The translations under genes and the position numbers were made by a program. A model generated the notes under the pieces. That model was not told the origin of the DNA and did not search any database. It was given only the letters and a program-made list of their open reading frames with translations. Below, one piece after another: positions 59,011 through 64,000 of a DNA stretch of 64,000 bases; the stretch's first letter is position 1; each line of letters begins with the position of its first letter. Source of the stretch: a virus; the IMG/VR virus record IMGVR_UViG_3300023174_000123, positions 21,332 through 85,331 of that record. One strand, written 5' to 3'.

Positions 59011-59990
59011 GCACCTATAGTCAACTGCGCAAAATTATCCCGCCAGATCAGGCCTTGGCCAACAAAGGTCTTCAAGCCGGGTTGGAAGAAGTTAAAAATA
59101 TATTTGACAGCAACTTGCCCAGTCTAGCTGCAGCCACTAGTGGGTTAGAAAGCAATCTAGGGCTGAACGCTATAGAGAATTTAACACAACCATTACCGGC
59201 CAATGTGGTAACCTTTTATACACAGGTCTTGGCCACAGGATCAGGACCAAATGGTTTATTGCTATTAACAGATCTAATAGGCAGTATCACAGGATACAAT
59301 ATTACCAGTCAGTTAAACAATACTACAAGCACATTGAATAGCATGACCAGTGAAGGTGATTTCTTAACCTTGACCAATGGCACCAATGGTGTTTATACTG
59401 TAATGGAAACTACCATCACCGGAGTCTACACTGCAGAGGATCCTATGAGCCCCGGAGACTGGTACACTACAATCCCTGGAGGTTTACCTGGAGCCGGAAG
59501 TTATTATGGAAACAGTTCTGGCAATAGTATAGCCAATGCCTTCAGTGACGGACTAAATCCAGCCATGGTCAGCACTGTGACATCAATAGTCAGTGCCAAT
59601 CCTTCACAGGTGGCCAACACCACTGTCTCGTTCAATGTCATTTGCGATCAATTGATCACCGAACAAACTAATCTGTCTCTTGCCGACATACAGTTTGCCA
59701 ATCTGATACCAAATAATATCCCCTGGAGCCTTGTTTATAGTTTGGCCAACGATGGACTGGATGTAGTCGAAGGCGGCACAGCTTTTGTGTTACAAAGTGT
59801 AGCTAACACACAGACTCAAGGTGGGCAGGCCATTATTAGCACCATGCGTGAAGCCAGAAATCAGGTAAGGTTAAATGAAGCCGGACTGCAAACCGATATC
59901 ACCATCAGCGAAGAATATCCAGAACCTCAAGCAGATTTAGGCACAGCGCAACTCACTGTAACACAGGCATCTGCCCAAAAAATCATATAA
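59007..59990 (+). CDS. Hypothetical virion (baseplate/tail) protein
   Basis: ATGA overlap; GSGPNG, GGQAII..MRE.RN. Confidence 0.6.
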   Translation: MSTYSQLRKIIPPDQALANKGLQAGLEEVKNIFDSNLPSLAAATSGLESNLGLNAIENLTQPLPANVVTFYTQVLATGSGPNGLLLLTDLIGSITGYNITSQLNNTTSTLNSMTSEGDFLTLTNGTNGVYTVMETTITGVYTAEDPMSPGDWYTTIPGGLPGAGSYYGNSSGNSIANAFSDGLNPAMVSTVTSIVSANPSQVANTTVSFNVICDQLITEQTNLSLADIQFANLIPNNIPWSLVYSLANDGLDVVEGGTAFVLQSVANTQTQGGQAIISTMREARNQVRLNEAGLQTDITISEEYPEPQADLGTAQLTVTQASAQKII

Positions 59991-60078
59991 TTAGCCAAAA
60001 AAGTCAACGCAGATCCAGGTTACGGCGTTAAATATATAACACAGGATACAACTGTGTTTTAACCTAAAGGAAATTAAA

Positions 60079-60264
60079 ATGAAAGCATTATTCGCAATCG
60101 TAGCATCCGTATTCGCACTTTCCGCAATGGCTCAAACAGCACCTGCCAAGAAAGAAGAAGCAAAGCCAGCAGCCGCTGCTCCTGCTAAGAAAGAAGAAGC
60201 CAAAAAGGCTGACGCCAAAAGCGATGCCAAGGCTGCTCCTGCCAAGGACGCTGCAAAGAAGTAA
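60079..60264 (+). CDS. Small secreted Ala/Lys-rich protein (acid-shock/periplasmic-like)
   Basis: Signal peptide MKALFAIVASVFALSAMA; APAKKEEAK repeated twice. Confidence 0.8.
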   Translation: MKALFAIVASVFALSAMAQTAPAKKEEAKPAAAAPAKKEEAKKADAKSDAKAAPAKDAAKK

Positions 60265-60444
60265 TTTAGCCTTTGAGGACGATGATGTCCAATACTACGA
60301 TGAGACCTGCGGGTTTCATGTTGGATATCGTCGCCCAGAACTGGAACCAGTCGAAGAATCTGAACTGTCAGATGAAATACGACTGAGATTGTTGATAGCT
60401 CGAATCCGGGCTATGCAACGATACCAGGAAGTCTGGGGATGAAC

Positions 60445-60469
60445 AAGCCCACATTTTTGTGGGCTTTTT
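60445..60469 (+). terminator. Rho-independent terminator
   Basis: AAGCCCACA-TTTT-TGTGGGCTT followed by TTT. Confidence 0.85.
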
Positions 60470-60488
60470 CTTGGCTATAAATATTGCC

Positions 60489-60680
60489 ATGATTGAATGG
60501 ATCCTGATCGTGCATTTATCCCTAAGCAGCCCAGATTTTGAAATCTGGGGCGGGTATCGCGAGCACATCAACTGCCTGGCCACTCAGGACAGATTGCATG
60601 TCAGATATCAACAAAAGAAACAACAGATCCGCACCCGTTGTCAGCCTGTGATGGCTGTGCAGTTGGAGCCCAGGAAATAA
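60489..60680 (+). CDS. Small hypothetical protein with hydrophobic N-terminus and two Cys
   Basis: TATAAATA at 60476-60483, 5 nt before the ATG. Confidence 0.6.
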   Translation: MIEWILIVHLSLSSPDFEIWGGYREHINCLATQDRLHVRYQQKKQQIRTRCQPVMAVQLEPRK

Positions 60681-60705
60681 AGTTAGTAAGCACTAACTCG
60701 GGCGG

Positions 60706-60734
60706 TTGACCAAAAACTCGCCTTTTTGTATAAT
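60706..60734 (+). promoter_or_regulatory. Early sigma70 promoter
   Basis: TTGACC-17-TATAAT. Confidence 0.85.
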
Positions 60735-60765
60735 AGCAGTATAGTTAATCAAAAGGAGCCACAGT

Positions 60766-60921
60766 ATGTCCAAGAAACATTTCGAACTACTCGCCAGGTA
60801 TATCAACTCAATCATGGATCCCCATGCTCGTCTCCAGGCCGCGGTTGCAGTAGCCAGTGCCTGCAAAGAAGCAAATCAACGATTCGATCAGGACCGTTTT
60901 TTCTCGGCCTGCAACATATAG
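60766..60921 (+). CDS. Small early protein (MSKKHFELLA..NQRFDQDRFFSACNI), 51 aa, absent from the ORF track
   Basis: AAGGAG SD, promoter; RFD..RF..AC motif. Confidence 0.75.
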   Translation: MSKKHFELLARYINSIMDPHARLQAAVAVASACKEANQRFDQDRFFSACNI

Positions 60922-61018
60922 AGTAATCTCCGACCCGGCGCCAACCAGGGTTAGTATGTAATAACATACTGTAAATCCTAAGTCCGGGACAATGGTTGAC
61001 CATACTAATTAAAGGCAT

Positions 61019-61369
61019 ATGAGAGAATACTTACTAAGCGAATCGGCACAAAAAATCTTGGCATTGCACCGGAGTCCTGAATTCCAACAGATGGATTTCA
61101 GTGATCAATTAGATTTGAGGACTTTAGATCACGAACTGTTAGAGTTGGCAAGATATTTTGAAAGTCTTGACGAAATCAATGACACCTATAAGAAAATGTG
61201 TCATGATTTTTTTTATAGAATGTTTACGACCTGCGATCGCGACGACTCTATAGCTTATTTCAGATTGGCTGTGGTTGATTATCGTTTGCTTGTGTGGGCT
61301 GAAAGTAGTGTGGATGAGTTTGTGTATAAAATACAACCACGTGTAGATCGTTTATGTGGAAGTGGTTGA
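61019..61369 (+). CDS. Hypothetical protein
   Basis: AAGG SD, 116 aa. Confidence 0.6.
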   Translation: MREYLLSESAQKILALHRSPEFQQMDFSDQLDLRTLDHELLELARYFESLDEINDTYKKMCHDFFYRMFTTCDRDDSIAYFRLAVVDYRLLVWAESSVDEFVYKIQPRVDRLCGSG

Positions 61370-61394
61370 CCAATAAAGGCATTTCGGTTATAAT
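61366..61394 (+). promoter_or_regulatory. Early sigma70 promoter
   Basis: TTGACC-17-TATAAT; -35 overlaps the upstream TGA stop. Confidence 0.85.
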
Positions 61395-61423
61395 GGATGT
61401 ATAGTTAGAAACTAGGAGCAATA

Positions 61424-61690
61424 ATGTATATAGGAATGTTAGAACCCACAGAACAAGAAAAGATCGTGCAGGCCCTGCGTGGCGAACAGTTTGATCGCAA
61501 AATGCATGGTGGCCTGTTTGACCGTGGATCGGCAGATTCATATTATGGTCGTCCCCGTGATCCGCACTGGTGGCCAGAAGGCACTGGGCACGGCAAGCAG
61601 GTCACTGAGCTCAATGAAGCTGAAATTGAAGAATATCTAGCCGGCTACGACTACAACGAGCAGTATGGCGACAAAAAGTCGTGGGATTGA
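61424..61690 (+). CDS. Small early protein (HGGLFDRGSADSYYGR)
   Basis: AGGAG SD, promoter. Confidence 0.75.
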   Translation: MYIGMLEPTEQEKIVQALRGEQFDRKMHGGLFDRGSADSYYGRPRDPHWWPEGTGHGKQVTELNEAEIEEYLAGYDYNEQYGDKKSWD

Positions 61691-61715
61691 CCAAAAAAGG
61701 CCCATTTGTTATAAT
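61687..61715 (+). promoter_or_regulatory. Early sigma70 promoter
   Basis: TTGACC-17-TATAAT; -35 overlaps the upstream TGA stop. Confidence 0.85.
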
Positions 61716-61743
61716 AGTATTATAAACAATAAAGGAGCATAGT

Positions 61744-62079
61744 ATGGCACACAGCGATTTTGCAGATTTATCAGTAGATGAATTACAGAGCTACTACAGC
61801 GACTTTCACAAGGATTTTTACGGGTGGCGTCCACGTGGTGCCACACCTGAGCAGTGGCGTGATCGTGGTTACTTGGTAGCACAGATCAACGGTATCCATG
61901 ACGCATTGGATGCCATGAAGAAGACCGAATCGGGTCGTGCAGAATTGCGTGAGGCCGGTTGGGTCATTGACGATGAACCCGAAGTGATCGACCCAAGAGA
62001 GTACGCTGAATGGTGCGCCGACGCCGATGCAGAGTTTCTTGGTCGGATGCACAGTCGCTATGCTGGGGAGGCACAATAA
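61744..62079 (+). CDS. Small early protein (YSDFHKDFYGWRPR)
   Basis: AAGGAG SD, promoter. Confidence 0.75.
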   Translation: MAHSDFADLSVDELQSYYSDFHKDFYGWRPRGATPEQWRDRGYLVAQINGIHDALDAMKKTESGRAELREAGWVIDDEPEVIDPREYAEWCADADAEFLGRMHSRYAGEAQ

Positions 62080-62231
62080 TGGGATTCTACAAAGACATCG
62101 AAATCCAAATCATGGAGTGGCAGGCACGTGGTCGCACCCAGGCGGAAACCTACATCTATTTCAAAGACTACGTGACCCAGGAAGATGTGGCCCGTATCTT
62201 TGCCCGTGAATGTGATGAAGATTTGGTATGA
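62079..62231 (+). CDS. Small hypothetical protein (MGFYKDIEI..)
   Basis: GGAGG SD, TAATG overlap. Confidence 0.6.
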   Translation: MGFYKDIEIQIMEWQARGRTQAETYIYFKDYVTQEDVARIFARECDEDLV

Positions 62232-62365
62232 CCGAACAGCAGATTCGCGAGATTGCCAGACAAGCTGGATTCCATATCATAGACAGTGCTATCTGGAGCG
62301 AACTGGCCAAGAGATTTATTGCTGACCTGCTGAAACAAATTGAACAGGAGAAGAACCGTGTTTGA
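62228..62365 (+). CDS. Small hypothetical protein (MTEQQIREIARQAGF..), 45 aa
   Basis: ATGA overlap; not in the ORF track. Confidence 0.5.
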   Translation: MTEQQIREIARQAGFHIIDSAIWSELAKRFIADLLKQIEQEKNRV

Positions 62366-62576
62366 AGATGATTATGAAGAACGGCCCAGTGCCAATCGCA
62401 AACGCCAGATCTTGGGAAATATCAAAATGACCTTGACCCGAGATCAGATCATGACCTTTGTGGGTGGCTTGCACGAAACACAGATGGAACTGATTGAAGC
62501 CGTGGTCAGCAGTCGCGAGCGCCAGGGTTTTCCTGAAGCCACGGCCGCAATCCGACGTATCATGGAGCGGAAATGA
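62358..62576 (+). CDS. Small hypothetical protein
   Basis: GTG start with AGGAG SD. Confidence 0.55.
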   Translation: MFEDDYEERPSANRKRQILGNIKMTLTRDQIMTFVGGLHETQMELIEAVVSSRERQGFPEATAAIRRIMERK

Positions 62577-62743
62577 AACGCGATCTGACCCCTTTCAAAT
62601 TATGGTTGCAACGCATGTATATGGATCATAAGGACGAAGCCAACGCTTATGGCTTTCCCACCTGTGATGCAGCAACCTATTTCCGCATGTACAAGTATTG
62701 GTTAAAGCGCGAGTATAAACACCAACTGGAGCAGAGTAAATAA
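62573..62743 (+). CDS. Small aromatic-rich hypothetical protein (FKLWLQRMY..YKYWLKREY), 56 aa
   Basis: ATGA and TAATG overlaps at both ends; GGAG SD. Confidence 0.65.
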   Translation: MKRDLTPFKLWLQRMYMDHKDEANAYGFPTCDAATYFRMYKYWLKREYKHQLEQSK

Positions 62744-64000
62744 TGTTAGACATGCAAGATGTCAAATTCCAAGGACTCAAATTGGCCGCAGACTGGATCC
62801 GCGATCTCGAAAGCTCAGACAGCAGAATACACAAAGAAAAAGTAATTGAAAAAGCACTCATGGCGGCCAAGTTAGGCAGCGCCAATGCTCAATGTTTCTT
62901 GTTCAACTGCTATGAAGCCTACAACCCCTTCCATGTGTTTGGTGTGCGTCAAGTGCCAGAGACTGATGGCCTGACAGGGCGTGCTAATCCCTGGCCAGCC
63001 TTCTGGGGTTTATTAGAAAGTTTAAGAACTCGAAGCGTCACAGGACATGATGCACGTGACGCCATCCTGGCCATGAGCGAGCAGTTTGACAGCGAAGAGT
63101 GGAACGGACTATGTCGACGAGTCATCATCAAAGATCTACGCTGTGGCATTTCAGAAAAGACACTCAACAAGATCCTGGGCAAGACCGAATGGAAAATTCC
63201 AGTATTCACCTGCCAGTTGGCCACAGACAGCAACGATCACGCCAACAAGATGAAGGGCATTAAACGCATTGAATGTAAACTGGATGGTGTGCGTGTGCTG
63301 GCGTTATGCACCAAGAACCGTGTGACATTGTACAGTCGCAACGGCAAGATCTTTGAAAATTTTCCTGACATACAAGAACAACTTAATCGAATCAAACATC
63401 GAATAAGCCTGGAAACCAAAGGACCATTTGTGTTGGATGGTGAAATCGTGGGCGAAAGTTTTCAGGCCTTGATGAAACAGGCGCAACGCAAGAGTGATGT
63501 GAAGACCAAGGACATGACTTACTATGTGTTTGATGTGATTCCTTTGGCAGACTTTGAGCGTGGATTTTGGAATGCTCAACAACATAAACGCACTTTGATG
63601 TTGGAGATAAACCGACAGGAGATCGAAGCTGAAACAAATCTTAGAATCATGCCAGGCATGGATGTGGATCTCAGCACCGCAGAAGGACAAGATGTCATGC
63701 GCAGATTTGCCGAGGATGCCGTGGCCCAAGGCTTTGAAGGTATCATGATCAAATCGATAGATGCACCCTACGAGTGTAAACGAAGCAGTTTCTGGATGAA
63801 ATGGAAACCCGTGATGACCGTGGACTTAAATATTGTAGGATTTGAAGAAGGCACTGGTCGTAATTCAGGCCGCCTGGGTGCTATAATATGCGAAGGAGTA
63901 GACAATGATCGTAATATTCGTGTTAATGTGGGCAGTGGCCTTTCCGATGCTGATCGTGATGAATATTGGCATTCCCGAGATGACCTACTTGGCCGAGTGG
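62743..64000 (+). CDS. ATP-dependent DNA ligase (gp30-like), truncated by the window end
   Basis: Translated by hand: KDLRCG, CQLA, KLDGVR, SRNGK, LDGE, EGIMIK, WMKWK, VGSG. Confidence 0.92.
   Translation, partial: MLDMQDVKFQGLKLAADWIRDLESSDSRIHKEKVIEKALMAAKLGSANAQCFLFNCYEAYNPFHVFGVRQVPETDGLTGRANPWPAFWGLLESLRTRSVTGHDARDAILAMSEQFDSEEWNGLCRRVIIKDLRCGISEKTLNKILGKTEWKIPVFTCQLATDSNDHANKMKGIKRIECKLDGVRVLALCTKNRVTLYSRNGKIFENFPDIQEQLNRIKHRISLETKGPFVLDGEIVGESFQALMKQAQRKSDVKTKDMTYYVFDVIPLADFERGFWNAQQHKRTLMLEINRQEIEAETNLRIMPGMDVDLSTAEGQDVMRRFAEDAVAQGFEGIMIKSIDAPYECKRSSFWMKWKPVMTVDLNIVGFEEGTGRNSGRLGAIICEGVDNDRNIRVNVGSGLSDADRDEYWHSRDDLLGRV

Noticed and set aside
60931-61001. Assignment of the structured element to guanidine-III, hammerhead, twister or HDV-like classes
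   Set aside because: CCGGGACAA plus a pseudoknot is superficially like guanidine-III, but the conserved ACG motifs and ribozyme cores such as CUGAUGA/GAAA are absent. Kept only as an unassigned candidate.
60996-61024. TTGACC as another early promoter
   Set aside because: No -10 hexamer at 16-18 nt spacing; the ATG lies there instead.
367-63729. Numerous minus-strand and alternative-frame ORFs of 60-230 aa in the ORF track
   Set aside because: They are shadows of well-supported + strand genes with no motifs or RBS. Only 22571-23290, 23996-24799 and 37018-37395 have motifs and/or their own promoter signals.
1-64000. Alternative genetic code (stop-codon reassignment), as in some large phages
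   Set aside because: Core genes are full length in the standard code, and TAA, TAG and TGA all terminate genes.
1-64000. tRNA or rRNA genes
   Set aside because: Intergenic gaps are short and no cloverleaf with a T-loop GTTCRA signature was recognised; tRNAscan was not run.

Overview
This 64-kb window is part of a large T4-superfamily (Tevenvirinae-like or jumbo myovirus-like) bacteriophage genome. Almost all genes lie on the + strand and use the standard genetic code. Recognisable core genes: head-completion nuclease (gp4), a probable small terminase, large terminase (gp17), ssDNA-binding protein (gp32), UvsX, UvsY, UvsW, a gp62-like subunit, primase (gp61), helicase (gp41), a PD-(D/E)XK exonuclease, NrdA/NrdB, glutaredoxin, PAAR, tail-fibre/spike proteins and a truncated ATP-dependent DNA ligase. 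Accessory content is rich: a glycan cluster (cytidylyltransferase-cupin, several glycosyltransferases, methyltransferase), three radical-SAM enzymes, IscU/IscA, four SGNH-like proteins interleaved with replication genes, and a signal-peptide nuclease. The most unusual signals are: (i) many ORFs with T4 capsid-targeting-like N-termini and repeated hydrophobic-X-E cleavage-like sites, suggesting packaged cargo and polyproteins; (ii) among them, a minimal PolX-like domain fused to a KWDG ligase-like domain; (iii) a 187-aa mini-DnaE that keeps all three catalytic aspartates; (iv) promoters placed 4-7 nt from start codons, implying leaderless mRNAs; (v) several structured non-coding elements. All product calls come from motif recognition by eye; no database searches were run. 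No tRNA, rRNA or CRISPR array was seen.
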